This document shows positions 10,028 to 19,855 of a DNA stretch of 64,000 bases, piece by piece. The DNA is taken from contig DATGOV010000020.1 of assembly GCA_035305585.1 (NCBI GenBank), forward strand, positions 39,325-103,324. Direction: 5' to 3'. The DNA is from Acidimicrobiia bacterium (lineage in GTDB: Bacteria > Actinomycetota > Acidimicrobiia > Spongiisociales > ZC4RG35). The position numbers and the translations under genes are program-made. Numbering within the stretch: the first letter of the stretch is position 1; every line of letters begins with the position of its first letter. Below the pieces are notes generated by a model, which had not been told where the DNA came from, ran no database searches, and saw only the letters and a program-made list of their open reading frames with translations.

Positions 10028-10390
10028 TCAGGCTCCATCCGCCTCTACGACGGTGATCGTGCCCTTCATGAACGGGTGTGGGGCGCAGTGGTAGTCGTAT
10101 ACCCCAGCCTCCTCGAACGTGTGGGCGAAGGTCCCTTCTGCCTGCAGAGGGCTTTCGAAGTCGTCGAACACGACGTTGTGCTCCATCGGGGCGTCGTCCC
10201 AGACCCAGGTGACGGTGGTTCCCTCCACGATCGTCACCGTTCCGTTCTCGAACTCCATGTCGGCGATGGTGATCACCGGGTCCTCCACCGGTGCGGAGGC
10301 GGCTGCCTCCGGTGTTCCGCGGGCATCGGTGTCCACACAGGCGCTCAGCGCCACGAGCGCGGCGGCCGCCAAGAGGGCGATTCTTCTCAT
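10028..10390 (-). CDS. Small cupredoxin (plastocyanin/amicyanin-like) lipoprotein
   Basis: Start MRRIALLAAAALVALSAC contains the lipobox LSAC. Type-1 copper ligand pattern ...HNVVF...YHCAPHPFM. The ORF-track start at 10579 adds 63 non-hydrophobic residues and is rejected. Confidence 0.75.
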   Translation of the reverse strand: MRRIALLAAAALVALSACVDTDARGTPEAAASAPVEDPVITIADMEFENGTVTIVEGTTVTWVWDDAPMEHNVVFDDFESPLQAEGTFAHTFEEAGVYDYHCAPHPFMKGTITVVEADGA

Positions 10391-10687
10391 GATCCGTCTC
10401 CTGTTTCTCTGGTTGCTGTCATTCGCCATTCCTGGTGCAGAGAGCCAGCGACGCCCGCCTGAGGGCCTGGTGACCGAGGGCTGTCGGTCCTGGAGCCCCG
10501 AGTCGTCTGGCTGCGGTCTCTGCCATGGCCCTGAACGTATGGATCGGCCGGCCCCATGTCGTCCCCCAGGTGAGGGCATGTCGTTACTCCAGTCGTGGTA
10601 CTCGAACCAGTGGTGTCTCAGGGGCCGGGTCGGGGGATCACCGGATGGGGCCCACTGCGGGCGGACCTACACTTGTCGCTCCGAACC

Positions 10688-11995
10688 ATGACTGCCTCTC
10701 TCGAGACCATCGCCAACCTCGCCAAACGCCGCGGCTTCGTCTTCCCTTCGTCGGAGATCTACGGAGGGATACGCTCCGCCTACGACTACGGGCCGGTCGG
10801 CGTGCTCATGCTCCGCAACGTCAAGGACGAGTGGTGGCGGTCCATGGTCCAGAGCCGAAGCGACGTCGTGGGTCTGGATTCGGCGATCATCCAAGCCCGG
10901 GCGGTGTGGAAGGCGTCGGGCCATGAGGACGCTTTCACCGACCCTCTCGTCGAGTGTCGCAACTGCAACGCCCGCCATCGTCTGGACAAGCTGGCAGACC
11001 CCGACCAGTGCCCCAACTGCGGGCAGCGAGGCACCTTCACCGAGCCGCGTCAGTTCAACCTGATGTTCAAGACGCACACCGGCCCGGTGGAGTCCGACGA
11101 CAACATGGTGTATCTGCGGCCGGAGACAGCCCAGGGCATCTTCATCAACTACGAGAACGTCCGGCGGACCAACCGCCTCAAGCTCCCGTTCGGCATCGCC
11201 CAGGTCGGCAAATCGTTCCGGAACGAGATCACGCCGGGCCAGTTCGTCTTCCGGACTCGGGAGTTCGAGCAGATGGAGATGGAGTTCTTCTGCCACCCCG
11301 AGGAGGCCTCCCGGTGGTTCGACTACTGGCAGGAGCAGCGCTTCGGCTGGTACACGGACCTGGGCATGCGCGAGGACAAGCTGCGCATCCGACCTCACGA
11401 TGCCGACGAGCTGTCGCACTACTCGGCTGGGACGGTCGACATCGAGTACGACTTCCCCTGGGGATGGGACGAGCTGGAGGGGATCGCCAACCGAACCGAC
11501 TACGACCTCAAGGCCCACACGGAGCATTCGGGCGAAGACCTCCGGTACTTCGACCAGGAGACCAACGAGCGGTTCTTCCCGTACGTCATCGAGCCGTCGG
11601 CCGGGGCGACGCGGGCGATGTTCGCCTTCCTCATCGACGCCTATCACGAGGAGGAGGTGCGAGGGGAGCAGCGCACCGTGCTGAAGCTCGACCCGCGTCT
11701 CGCCCCCTATCAGGTGGCGGTCCTTCCGCTGTCGAAGAAGCCCGAGCTCGTCGAGCCCGCATCGAAGATCGCCGACTCGCTGCGCAACGAGTTCATGCTC
11801 GAGTTCGACGAGACCCAGTCGATCGGGCGCCGTTACCGCCGCCAGGACGAGATCGGCACCCCGCTCTGCGTGACATACGACTTCGACTCGCTCGAGGACC
11901 ACTCCGTCACGATCCGCCACCGCGACACGATGGAACAGGAGCGGGTGTCGATCGACCGCCTCGCCGCGGCGCTGCGGTCTGCCCTCCGCCGCTGA
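10688..11995 (+). CDS. glyQS: Glycine--tRNA ligase (alpha2 type)
   Basis: [11 protein letters not shown] and [22 protein letters not shown] class II motifs. ATG at 10688 ([17 protein letters not shown]). Confidence 0.92.
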   Translation: MTASLETIANLAKRRGFVFPSSEIYGGIRSAYDYGPVGVLMLRNVKDEWWRSMVQSRSDVVGLDSAIIQARAVWKASGHEDAFTDPLVECRNCNARHRLDKLADPDQCPNCGQRGTFTEPRQFNLMFKTHTGPVESDDNMVYLRPETAQGIFINYENVRRTNRLKLPFGIAQVGKSFRNEITPGQFVFRTREFEQMEMEFFCHPEEASRWFDYWQEQRFGWYTDLGMREDKLRIRPHDADELSHYSAGTVDIEYDFPWGWDELEGIANRTDYDLKAHTEHSGEDLRYFDQETNERFFPYVIEPSAGATRAMFAFLIDAYHEEEVRGEQRTVLKLDPRLAPYQVAVLPLSKKPELVEPASKIADSLRNEFMLEFDETQSIGRRYRRQDEIGTPLCVTYDFDSLEDHSVTIRHRDTMEQERVSIDRLAAALRSALRR

Positions 11996-12015
11996 GCCGG
12001 GGTCGCGTCCCCCTC

Positions 12016-12068
12016 CGTTCTGTGGTCCGGAACCGGGCCCGCGAGCGCCCGATCCGCACCACAGAACG
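12016..12068 (+). terminator. Long stem-loop between glyQS and dnaG (putative terminator/attenuator)
   Basis: A perfect 11-bp inverted repeat, cgttctgtggt (12016-12026) and accacagaacg (12058-12068), encloses a GC-rich partly self-complementary 31-nt segment. It begins 21 nt after the glyQS stop codon (11993-11995). Confidence 0.4.
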
Positions 12069-12088
12069 TCGCCCCCCGGATCGAGCGC

Positions 12089-13825
12089 GTGGTTCCTTAT
12101 CATCTGAACGTGGCTTTCTCCCGTGACGACATCGACAGGGTCCGCCAGGCCACGGATCTCGTGGAGCTGTTCGGTGCCGTAACGAAGGTCAAACGCTCGG
12201 GGCGCTCCTACATGGCGATCTGCCCGTTCCACCAGGAGAAGTCCCCGTCGATGTCGATCGACCCCGCCAAGGGCGTCTACCACTGTTTCGGATGCCAGAA
12301 GTCGGGTGACGTGTACACGTTCCTCCAGGAGACTCAGGGGCTCGACTTCAACGAGGCAGTCGAAGAGCTCGCCCGACGGGCGGGGATCCATCTCGAATCG
12401 GACCCCGGTGCGCACCGCCGTCGGGGACGGCGCAACGCATTCCACGAGGCTGTCCGTCGGGCCATCGAGGTCTACCACCGGCGGCTCAAGGTCGCCCCGG
12501 AAGCCGGACCCGCTCGTGCGTACCTGCGCAGCCGAGGCTACGACGCCGACGTCGTCGACGAATACAAGCTCGGCTATGCCCCCGAGACCTGGGACACGCT
12601 CGTCAAGGAACTGCGCGCCGGGGGGATACCCGACCAGGTGATGGTCGAGGCCGGTCTGGCCCGCCGGGGGAGGGGAGCCCGCCTCTACGACTACTTCCGG
12701 GGGCGGGTGATGTTTCCCATCTACGACCTGAAAGGCGACCCCGCCGGGTTCGGGGCCCGATTGCTCAGCGGGGACGGCCCCAAGTACCTCAACTCACCGG
12801 ATTCGGTCATATACAACAAGTCCCGTCTCCTGTACGGCCTCGACAAGGCGCGGACGGCGATCGCCCGCAACGGCCGGTCGGTGGTCGTGGAGGGCTACAC
12901 AGATGTCATCGCCCTCCACCGCGCGGGAATCCCGGAGGCCGTCGCCACGTGCGGCACTGCCCTCACCGAAGAGCATTTCGACCTGTTGCGGCGGTTCGCC
13001 GAGCGGGTGGTGCTGGCGTTCGACGCCGACGAAGCCGGCACGGAAGCCGCCCGTCGGACCTCTGAGCTGGAGGTACCGGTGCGCCTGGACCTCGACATGA
13101 GGGTGGCGGTCATGCCGGATGGCGGCGACCCCGCCGACATCGTCCAAGCAGGCCGGGCCGGTGAAGTCTTCGACGCGATCGAGCAGTCCCGGCCTTTGCT
13201 CCAGTTCCGGCTGGAGCGCGAGGTGGCGGCGCTCGACCTCACCGAGCCGGAAGCCCGCGCCCGGGCTCTGCACTCGGCCGCCACCCAGGTGGCACGCATC
13301 TCCGATCCGATCGCCCGACGCGAATACGAGAGGTTCGTGGCCCGTCTCGTCGGTGTGGATCTGGAGACGGTGGAACGCGCCACGAGCGATATCCGCCGAC
13401 CGGCCACCGGTGGCCGCCCGGCCACGCGCCCGACCACGCCTCGGCGGCGCCTGGAGTCGGACTTCCTCCGGGTGATGATCGCCAACCCGCCCGGCGCCGA
13501 CGAGATCCGATCCGACCTGTTCCGGGAACCCGACCTGAGGAAGGCGGCCGAGGTCCTGGAGAGCGTGCGCAGTCCCGACGGAAGCGCCGTCGACGTGGCG
13601 GCCCTCGACCTCCCCGGTGAGCTTCGTAGCCTGGTGATGGCCCACGCCGTCGAGGCGACACCGGAATCGACGTCGGAGCTGATCGAGAGAGCGAGGATGC
13701 TGCGGATCGATGCCGAGATCGATCGTCTCGAGGCGCTGGTCGCCGCCACGGATCCCTCGGACGAGGACTATTCACGCGCCTTCGAACGGTTGATAGCGTT
13801 GCAGCGAGAGAAGCGACAGGCATGA
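12089..13825 (+). CDS. dnaG: DNA primase
   Basis: Zinc finger [13 protein letters not shown]...[11 protein letters not shown]; [18 protein letters not shown] and AFDADEAG. The start is GTG 12089 or GTG 12110. Confidence 0.92.
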   Translation: MVPYHLNVAFSRDDIDRVRQATDLVELFGAVTKVKRSGRSYMAICPFHQEKSPSMSIDPAKGVYHCFGCQKSGDVYTFLQETQGLDFNEAVEELARRAGIHLESDPGAHRRRGRRNAFHEAVRRAIEVYHRRLKVAPEAGPARAYLRSRGYDADVVDEYKLGYAPETWDTLVKELRAGGIPDQVMVEAGLARRGRGARLYDYFRGRVMFPIYDLKGDPAGFGARLLSGDGPKYLNSPDSVIYNKSRLLYGLDKARTAIARNGRSVVVEGYTDVIALHRAGIPEAVATCGTALTEEHFDLLRRFAERVVLAFDADEAGTEAARRTSELEVPVRLDLDMRVAVMPDGGDPADIVQAGRAGEVFDAIEQSRPLLQFRLEREVAALDLTEPEARARALHSAATQVARISDPIARREYERFVARLVGVDLETVERATSDIRRPATGGRPATRPTTPRRRLESDFLRVMIANPPGADEIRSDLFREPDLRKAAEVLESVRSPDGSAVDVAALDLPGELRSLVMAHAVEATPESTSELIERARMLRIDAEIDRLEALVAATDPSDEDYSRAFERLIALQREKRQA

Positions 13826-14949
13826 ACGAAGCAGTCGAGCAGGTCATCTCGTCCCTCACCAAGCGAGGCCGCCAGCGCGGCTTCCTGACGATGGCCGAGG
13901 TGCAGCAGGAACTGGAAGACGCCGAGGCGCCGGCAGAGTCGTTCGAGTCGGTGCTCGACACGCTGCGCGGCCAGGGGATCAAGCTCACCGAGGAAGGTCC
14001 GGAAGTCGAGGTCGACCTCTCGGAGGTGAGCGAGGCGGCCGTCTCCGACCCGGTCCGCATGTACCTGAACGAGATCGGCCGGTACAAGCTGCTCACCACC
14101 CAGCAGGAAGTCGAGTTGTCGATGGCCCTCGAGGCGGGCCGTCGTGCCCAGGAGCGCCTCGACAACGAAGACCTGACCGACGAGGACATCGCCGTACTCC
14201 GCCAGACCGTCGAGGAAGGAGAGAAGGCCCACCGTCGCCTGGTCGAGGCGAACCTGCGGCTGGTGGTCTCGATCGCTCGCCGGTACGTCGGCCGGGGCTT
14301 GGCGATGCTCGACCTCATCCAGGAGGGGAACATGGGCCTGATGCGGGCCGTCGAGAGGTTCGACTACCGCAAGGGGTTCAAGTTCTCGACGTACGCCACC
14401 TGGTGGATCCGCCAGGCGATCTCCCGGGCGATCGCCGACCAGGGAAGAACCATCCGCATGCCCATCCACGTCCTCGACGTCGTCAACAAGCTGCGACGTG
14501 CTCGTCGGGACCTCGCCCAGGAACTGGGACGCGACCCGACGATCGACGAGCTCGCCGCAGATCTCGACATCCCGGCCGAGCGGGTAGAGGAGCTGATGCG
14601 CTTCGCTCAAGACACCGTGTCGCTCGAGACTCCCGTCGGTGAGGACTCCTCGGGGACTCTCGGCGATCTCGTGGAAGATCCCGATGGCGAGAGGCCGATC
14701 GACGCCGCCACGTTCGCCAGCCTCCAGGACCAATTGGCGCTCGCCCTCGAAGGGCTGAGCGAGCGGGAGCGCGAGGTGCTGATCATGCGGTTCGGGCTCG
14801 CCGACGGGAAGATGCGGACGCTGGAGGAGGTGGGGGCGGCGTTCAACGTGACGCGAGAGCGAGTGCGTCAGCTGGAGATGAAGGCGCTCGCTAAATTACG
14901 CCACCCCGACAAGTCCCAGCGGTTGGCGAGCTTCCTCGAAGAGGGGTGA
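13822..14949 (+). CDS. rpoD: RpoD-family sigma-70 factor (group 1/2)
   Basis: Region 2 [27 protein letters not shown]; region 4 [21 protein letters not shown] overlap with dnaG. Confidence 0.88.
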   Translation: MNEAVEQVISSLTKRGRQRGFLTMAEVQQELEDAEAPAESFESVLDTLRGQGIKLTEEGPEVEVDLSEVSEAAVSDPVRMYLNEIGRYKLLTTQQEVELSMALEAGRRAQERLDNEDLTDEDIAVLRQTVEEGEKAHRRLVEANLRLVVSIARRYVGRGLAMLDLIQEGNMGLMRAVERFDYRKGFKFSTYATWWIRQAISRAIADQGRTIRMPIHVLDVVNKLRRARRDLAQELGRDPTIDELAADLDIPAERVEELMRFAQDTVSLETPVGEDSSGTLGDLVEDPDGERPIDAATFASLQDQLALALEGLSEREREVLIMRFGLADGKMRTLEEVGAAFNVTRERVRQLEMKALAKLRHPDKSQRLASFLEEG

Positions 14950-16160
14950 CGCTGCCCGGCTCTCGCTCCGTGGGCCATACTTCCGGGATGCGCGTCGACG
15001 CCGATGGCCATCGCATCCCCCTGTTCGAACGGGACGTCTATGGACGCCGCCGGAAGAGAGCGGCGATGGCGATGCAGGACGCCGGTCTCGATGTCCTCGT
15101 CGTCACCGCTCCGGAGAACATCTACTACCTCACGGGCCTGGACCACTTCGGCTACTTCGCCTTCCACATGCTCGTCATGGCCGTCGACGCCGACCCGGTG
15201 CTCGTCGCCCGGCAGATGGAGCAAGTGACGATCTCCCGCGATGTTCCCGACGTCGACTTTCGGGGTTACGGCGACAACGACGACCTGCCCGGCCATTGCG
15301 TCGAGGTGATCCGCTCAGTCGCCCCCCGCCCGCAGAGGATCGGCCTGGAGCTCGGGAGCCTCTATTTGATCCCCGGTGTCGCTCTCGCCCTGCGGGAGCG
15401 ATTCGACGAAACCGAGGTAGTCGATGCCACGGAGGTGATCACGGGACTCCGGCTGGTCCAGTCTCCCGAGGAGTTGGCGGTCACCCGCCGGGCCGCAGCC
15501 GTCACCGACGCCATGATTCGAGCAGCCATCGCAACGGCTGGGGTCGGCGTGACGGAGCGGGAAGTGGCCGCGGCGGCCCTCGAGGCGATGATGGACGCAG
15601 GAGGCGAGCCGCCGGGATTCTGGCCGTTCGTACGCTCGACCAACCGTCTCAACGAAGACCACACGACCTGGACGGACTACCGGCTCCAGGAGGGCGACGC
15701 GCTCTTCCTCGAGATGTCGGGCTCCATCGGCCGCTACCACGCTCCGATGGGGCGGATCGTATTCATCGGTGACGTCCCAGAAGGGTCGGAGTCCGTGGTG
15801 GGCGTGTGCCTGGAGGCGTTCGAGGCAGCCCGAGAGGCGGTTCGGCCGGGAGTGGAGGCCGGTCAGGTGTACGCCGCCTGGCAGAACGTGGTCGACCGAA
15901 ATGGATTGTCCCACTATCGCCGCCACCACTGCGGGTACCTCACCGGTATCGGGTTCCCCCCCAGTTGGAGCGGCAACGGCGTCCCGCGGGCGCTGCGCGA
16001 TGGATCCCACATGCCGCTGACCGCGGGCATGGTCGTCCACCTGATGTCGTGGACCATGGGGACTGGGCGGGGCGACTACTTCGTCTCCGATCCAGTGGTG
16101 ATAACAGTGGGCGGTGGAGAGCGGCTGAGTCGGACGCCACAGGATCTGGTGGTGAAGTAG
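14946..16160 (+). CDS. M24-family metallopeptidase (Xaa-Pro peptidase/creatinase-like)
   Basis: Creatinase-type N-domain ([17 protein letters not shown]) plus a pita-bread C-domain. GTG 14946 overlaps the rpoD stop; ATG 14988 is an alternative start. Confidence 0.75.
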   Translation: MTLPGSRSVGHTSGMRVDADGHRIPLFERDVYGRRRKRAAMAMQDAGLDVLVVTAPENIYYLTGLDHFGYFAFHMLVMAVDADPVLVARQMEQVTISRDVPDVDFRGYGDNDDLPGHCVEVIRSVAPRPQRIGLELGSLYLIPGVALALRERFDETEVVDATEVITGLRLVQSPEELAVTRRAAAVTDAMIRAAIATAGVGVTEREVAAAALEAMMDAGGEPPGFWPFVRSTNRLNEDHTTWTDYRLQEGDALFLEMSGSIGRYHAPMGRIVFIGDVPEGSESVVGVCLEAFEAAREAVRPGVEAGQVYAAWQNVVDRNGLSHYRRHHCGYLTGIGFPPSWSGNGVPRALRDGSHMPLTAGMVVHLMSWTMGTGRGDYFVSDPVVITVGGGERLSRTPQDLVVK

Positions 16161-16186
16161 CCCTTCGGTCCTGGCATGATTGCGCA

Positions 16187-16444
16187 ATGCGTTTTCGAGC
16201 GGGACTGATCATCGGCGGAGCAGTGGGCTACGTCCTCGGTGCCCGGGCCGGGCGCGACCGCTACGAGCAGATCATGCGGGCCACGAAGCGGTTGCGGGAT
16301 CATCCGGCGGTGACCCAACTGACCGACCAGGCCGTGGGTCTTGTCGACGTCGGCCGTCACGCCCTCGCCGGAGGGTTGTCGGCAGGCGGACGCGGGCTCC
16401 GCGTCGTCGCCGAGGGGAATCGTCCGGAGCGGCGCACGTCGTAG
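16187..16444 (+). CDS. Small YtxH-like membrane protein
   Basis: 85 aa, MRFRAGLIIGGAVGYVLGARAGRDRYEQI. In frame within the spurious long ORF 15806-16444. Confidence 0.45.
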   Translation: MRFRAGLIIGGAVGYVLGARAGRDRYEQIMRATKRLRDHPAVTQLTDQAVGLVDVGRHALAGGLSAGGRGLRVVAEGNRPERRTS

Positions 16445-16488
16445 CCCAGTTCGGGCCTTTTCCCGGTGCTGGTACGCTGGAGTGTCCT

Positions 16489-16561
16489 TCCGGGGTAGCT
16501 CAATCGGCAGAGCAGCGGGCTGTTAACCCGTTGGTTGTGAGTTCGAGTCTCACCCCCGGAG
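16489..16561 (+). tRNA. tRNA-Asn (anticodon GTT)
   Basis: Hand-folded cloverleaf: acceptor TCCGGGG/CCCCGGA, D arm GCTC-AATCGGCA-GAGC, anticodon arm GCGGG-CTGTTAA-CCCGT, T arm GTGAG-TTCGAGT-CTCAC, discriminator G. CCA is not encoded. Confidence 0.93.
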
Positions 16562-16655
16562 CTTTCTTCGGAACAGAACTCGGGATCCGTCGCGATGTCC
16601 GCGGCGGATCTCTTCGTATCCAGGGGTGTTCCTGTCGTCGACCGGATAAAACCCG

Positions 16656-16695
16656 TTGACCGGTATGTAAGTATCTACTTAAATAAGTGAATACT
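16656..16695 (+). promoter_or_regulatory. AT-rich promoter and operator candidate for the ArsR-family gene
   Basis: TTGACC (16656-16661), 17 nt, then TTAAAT (16679-16684). An imperfect 11-4-11 palindrome, AGTATCTACTT-AAAT-AAGTGAATACT (16670-16695), matches at 9 of 11 positions. This is the most AT-rich stretch I saw in the window. Confidence 0.4.
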
Positions 16696-16698
16696 GAC

Positions 16699-17055
16699 AT
16701 GAAGCCCGCATCAGGATCCGCCGATCGCTTGAGCCTGGTCTTCTCGGCCCTCGCCGACCCCACCCGGCGCGACATCCTCCAGAGGTTGGCCGCAGCCCGC
16801 GCCACTGTGGGGGAGTTGGCAGCCAACTACGACATCAGCCGCCCGGCGATCTCCCAGCACCTAGCGGTCCTGGAGAGGGCGGGGCTCATCGAACGCGTCG
16901 CCCGGGCGCAGTGGAGAGAGTGCCGGGTGCGCCGTGGAGGTCTCGACGAAGCCGCCGCCTGGCTGGCGCGGCAACGGGCCGAGTGGTCCGAACGATTCGA
17001 TCTTCTCGACGAGCACATTCGACACCGACGCATGGCGGGAGAGGAGACGACATGA
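16699..17055 (+). CDS. ArsR/SmtB-family transcriptional regulator
   Basis: LADPTRRDILQRL...VGELAANYDISRPAISQHLAVLERAGLI winged HTH. ATG 16699 is preferred over GTG 16687, which sits inside the palindrome. Confidence 0.85.
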   Translation: MKPASGSADRLSLVFSALADPTRRDILQRLAAARATVGELAANYDISRPAISQHLAVLERAGLIERVARAQWRECRVRRGGLDEAAAWLARQRAEWSERFDLLDEHIRHRRMAGEETT

Positions 17056-17510
17056 TCGACCTGACCGTGGGGTTCACTCTCGTGAGGGAGTTCCCGGCCA
17101 CACCCGCGGAGATGTGGCGCTACTGGACCGATCCCGCCGAAGCCACCCACTGGATGCATCCCCGGGGAGTCACCACCCCCCAGGAGACCATCCGCTTCGA
17201 TGTCCGTCCCGGCGGGAGGTACGAGTACGTGATGGTGAACGCCGAAACGGGGGAGCGGTACCCGACGGGGGGAGTGTTCCGGGAGGTGGTCCCCTACGAG
17301 CGAATGGTGTTCACCTGGGGCAAGCCGGACGACGACCCCGATGACTGCCCCCTGGTCACGGTCACCTTCCAGCCCACGGCGGCCGGCACCCAGATGACGT
17401 TCGACCTGCGGGGAGTGCCCGCCAAGCCCTCGGACGACATCTACGAAGGGTGGGAAGAAGCCCTCGATCGACTGGGGGAACACGTCTCTTCAGGAAAGGA
17501 CCATCGATGA
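17052..17510 (+). CDS. SRPBCC/AHSA1-domain protein
   Basis: 152 aa with W..W.DP....W and FTW patterns. ATGA overlap with the arsR-family gene; the ArsR+AHSA1 pairing is typical. Confidence 0.7.
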   Translation: MIDLTVGFTLVREFPATPAEMWRYWTDPAEATHWMHPRGVTTPQETIRFDVRPGGRYEYVMVNAETGERYPTGGVFREVVPYERMVFTWGKPDDDPDDCPLVTVTFQPTAAGTQMTFDLRGVPAKPSDDIYEGWEEALDRLGEHVSSGKDHR

Positions 17511-17998
17511 ACCAGGAGGAAGTCCTCGAACTGCTCAACGAGGACCCGTACGCCCAGAGATTGCTGACCTCGTCGATCCCTGCTCGACTCGCATATGTGG
17601 CGCTCGACGGCACTCCGCGAGTCATCCCGATCGCTTTCCACTTCGACGGTTCCCGGTTCGTGCTCGGCACCATCGACTTCTCCGCCAAGGTACGGGCGAT
17701 CCAGGCCAATCCGGCGGTTGCCCTGACCGTCGACACCTCCGACCAGCCGCCACTCGTGCTCATGGTTCGCGGTGTCGCCGAGGTGTCCTTCGTCGACGGT
17801 GTGCTTCCGGAGTACCTCGAGGCGAACCGCAAGATGTTCAGCGCGGCAGCCTTTCCCGCATTCGAAGCCGAGGTAACCCAGTTGTACGACCGGATGGCGA
17901 GGATCGACATCACACCGACATGGGCGAAGGTCCTCGATTTCGAGACCCGGGCTCCCGAAGCGGTGATGGAGCTCGCCGCGGCCAGGGCCGTGGCCTGA
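17507..17998 (+). CDS. Pyridoxamine 5'-phosphate oxidase (PPOX)-family protein
   Basis: ARLAYVALDGTPRVIPIAFHFDGSRFVL split-barrel N-terminus. ATGA overlap with the preceding gene. Confidence 0.65.
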   Translation: MNQEEVLELLNEDPYAQRLLTSSIPARLAYVALDGTPRVIPIAFHFDGSRFVLGTIDFSAKVRAIQANPAVALTVDTSDQPPLVLMVRGVAEVSFVDGVLPEYLEANRKMFSAAAFPAFEAEVTQLYDRMARIDITPTWAKVLDFETRAPEAVMELAAARAVA

Positions 17999-18020
17999 GG
18001 CGGCGACGCTTCGAGAGCCG

Positions 18021-18815
18021 TTGGTGAGGGATCTGTCCGTGCTCATCGATGCTCACGTCCACCTGGACGGCTACGGCGACCGACTCCCCGCGGCTCTCGG
18101 GGACATCGAGAGGCGACCGATCCTCACTTTCGCCGTCTCGATGGATCCCGGATCGTACGAGGTGGCGGAGCGCGTCTCGGTCGAGTCTCCACATGTGATC
18201 CCTGCGTTCGGCATCCATCCCTGGGAGGCGCATCGTTGGGCTGAGCGGCTGGAGGATGTCGACGCTCTGATCGAAGAGGCGCCGATGATCGGCGAGATCG
18301 GACTCGACCGTCGCTGGGTGGAGGAGCCGGAGAAATACGAGCCCCAGCGGCTGGTCTTCCGCCATTTTCTGCGGAGGGCGGCCGCATGCGACCGGATCAT
18401 CAACGTCCACACCTCCGGAGCCGAGACGGAATGCCTGGAAGAGATCGTCGACCACGGATGCCGCCGGGTGATCGTCCATTGGTACTCCGGACCGCTCGAC
18501 GTCCTCAGGGACATGATCGATGCCGGCTTCTACTTCACGGTCGGAGTCGAGCTTCGGTACTCCGAGTGGATCCGCCAGGTGGCGCTCGCCATACCGGACG
18601 ACCGGTTGCTCACGGAGACCGACAATCCCGGTGGGTTGGAGTGGCTGACGGGAGAAGCCGGGATGCCCGAGAAGATCGCCGACGTGGTGGCCGACCTGGC
18701 CGAGCTGCGCGACACGGCACCGGAAACGGTCGAGGCCCTCGTCGCCGAGAACGTGCGCCGTCTGATGGACGGTGATCCAGCTCTCGACGCCTGGGTCGAC
18801 TGCCTCGCCAGTTGA
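18021..18815 (+). CDS. TatD-family metal-dependent hydrolase
   Basis: IDAHVHLD metal motif, GEIGLD, ETDNP. Confidence 0.8.
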   Translation: MVRDLSVLIDAHVHLDGYGDRLPAALGDIERRPILTFAVSMDPGSYEVAERVSVESPHVIPAFGIHPWEAHRWAERLEDVDALIEEAPMIGEIGLDRRWVEEPEKYEPQRLVFRHFLRRAAACDRIINVHTSGAETECLEEIVDHGCRRVIVHWYSGPLDVLRDMIDAGFYFTVGVELRYSEWIRQVALAIPDDRLLTETDNPGGLEWLTGEAGMPEKIADVVADLAELRDTAPETVEALVAENVRRLMDGDPALDAWVDCLAS

Positions 18816-18899
18816 TCCCACAGGCGCCGAGAGGCGCAGAGGCCCGTTCGCCTCGGTGGTGGGGCAAGGTAGAGACCAGAGCGATATGCGAGGTGAGAG

Positions 18900-19853
18900 A
18901 TGAAGGTCGCGCTGGCAGGGGACACGATGCTCGGCCGGGCTGTCGGCACGGCGATCGAGCGCCGCTCCGCCGCTGCCATCGTCCATCCTGACGTCATCGA
19001 GGCCGTGAGCGACAACGACCTCTTCGTCCTCAATCTCGAATGCTGCATCTCGACCAGAGGAGTGCGTTGGCCGGATCCCCGCAAGCCCTTCTTCTTCCGC
19101 GCTCCACCCGAGGCGGTGGAAGTCCTGACCATTCTGGGCGTGGACTGTGTGACGCTCGCCAACAACCACGCCCTCGACTACGGCTACCAGGCGCTGGCCG
19201 ACACGCTCCACTACCTGGAAGAAGCCGGCATCGCGGTCGTGGGAGCAGGCGAGGACCAGGCGGCCGCCCGTCGACACCTGACGTTGGAAGCCGCCGGATC
19301 CCGACTGAGAGTCGTCGCATTCGCCGACCACCCAGCCGATTTCGCAGCCGGGCACGACACCCCAGGGATCGCCTACGTCGACCTCCTCCGCGGCGTGGGG
19401 GACTGGATTCGCGGAGCCGTCTCCGAGTCGCCCGACCCGGTGCTCGTCACTCCGCATTGGGGCCCCAACATGACGGAGTCCCCCGTTCCATCGGTCCGTC
19501 GGGCTGCCCGAGACCTGCGGGACGCCGGGGCGACCCTCGTCGCGGGCCACTCCGCCCACGTGTTCCACGGGGTCGCCGAGAGGATCATCTACGACATGGG
19601 TGACTTCGTCGACGACTACGCCGTCGACCCGATCCTCCGCAACGACTTGGGGCTGGTGTTCCTCGTCGATCTCACGCCGAGCGGGCCAGAGCGGATCGAA
19701 GCCATCCCGATCACTCTCGACTTCTGCCACACCCGTTTGGCGAGAGACGACGAGTTCGACTGGATCGAGTCGCGACTGCGTCGGGTCTGTGCAGCGATGG
19801 GGTCGACGGTGACCCGGGTCGGGAGCCGCCTCCTCGTCGAAACGGGTGGGTGA
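18900..19853 (+). CDS. CapA-family (PGA_cap metallophosphatase-like) protein
   Basis: LAGDTMLGR, NLECCIS, LANNHALDYG, HWGPN, GHSAHV. Confidence 0.8.
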   Translation: MKVALAGDTMLGRAVGTAIERRSAAAIVHPDVIEAVSDNDLFVLNLECCISTRGVRWPDPRKPFFFRAPPEAVEVLTILGVDCVTLANNHALDYGYQALADTLHYLEEAGIAVVGAGEDQAAARRHLTLEAAGSRLRVVAFADHPADFAAGHDTPGIAYVDLLRGVGDWIRGAVSESPDPVLVTPHWGPNMTESPVPSVRRAARDLRDAGATLVAGHSAHVFHGVAERIIYDMGDFVDDYAVDPILRNDLGLVFLVDLTPSGPERIEAIPITLDFCHTRLARDDEFDWIESRLRRVCAAMGSTVTRVGSRLLVETGG

Positions 19854-19855
19854 GC

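Noticed and set aside
10391-10687. Possible T-box leader upstream of glyQS (AGAGAG at 10439-10444; GTGGTAC at 10606-10612 resembling the T-box GGUGGUACC core)
   Set aside because: I could not fold a convincing Stem I with a GGC specifier. The UGGU bulge would pair with an A73 discriminator rather than the U73 expected for tRNA-Gly, and I found no terminator/antiterminator alternative. This needs an Rfam RF00230 scan to settle.
10667-12478. 603-aa minus-strand ORF antisense to glyQS and dnaG
   Set aside because: It overlaps two unmistakable housekeeping genes on the other strand. Low-complexity R/G/P/E composition and no recognisable domain.
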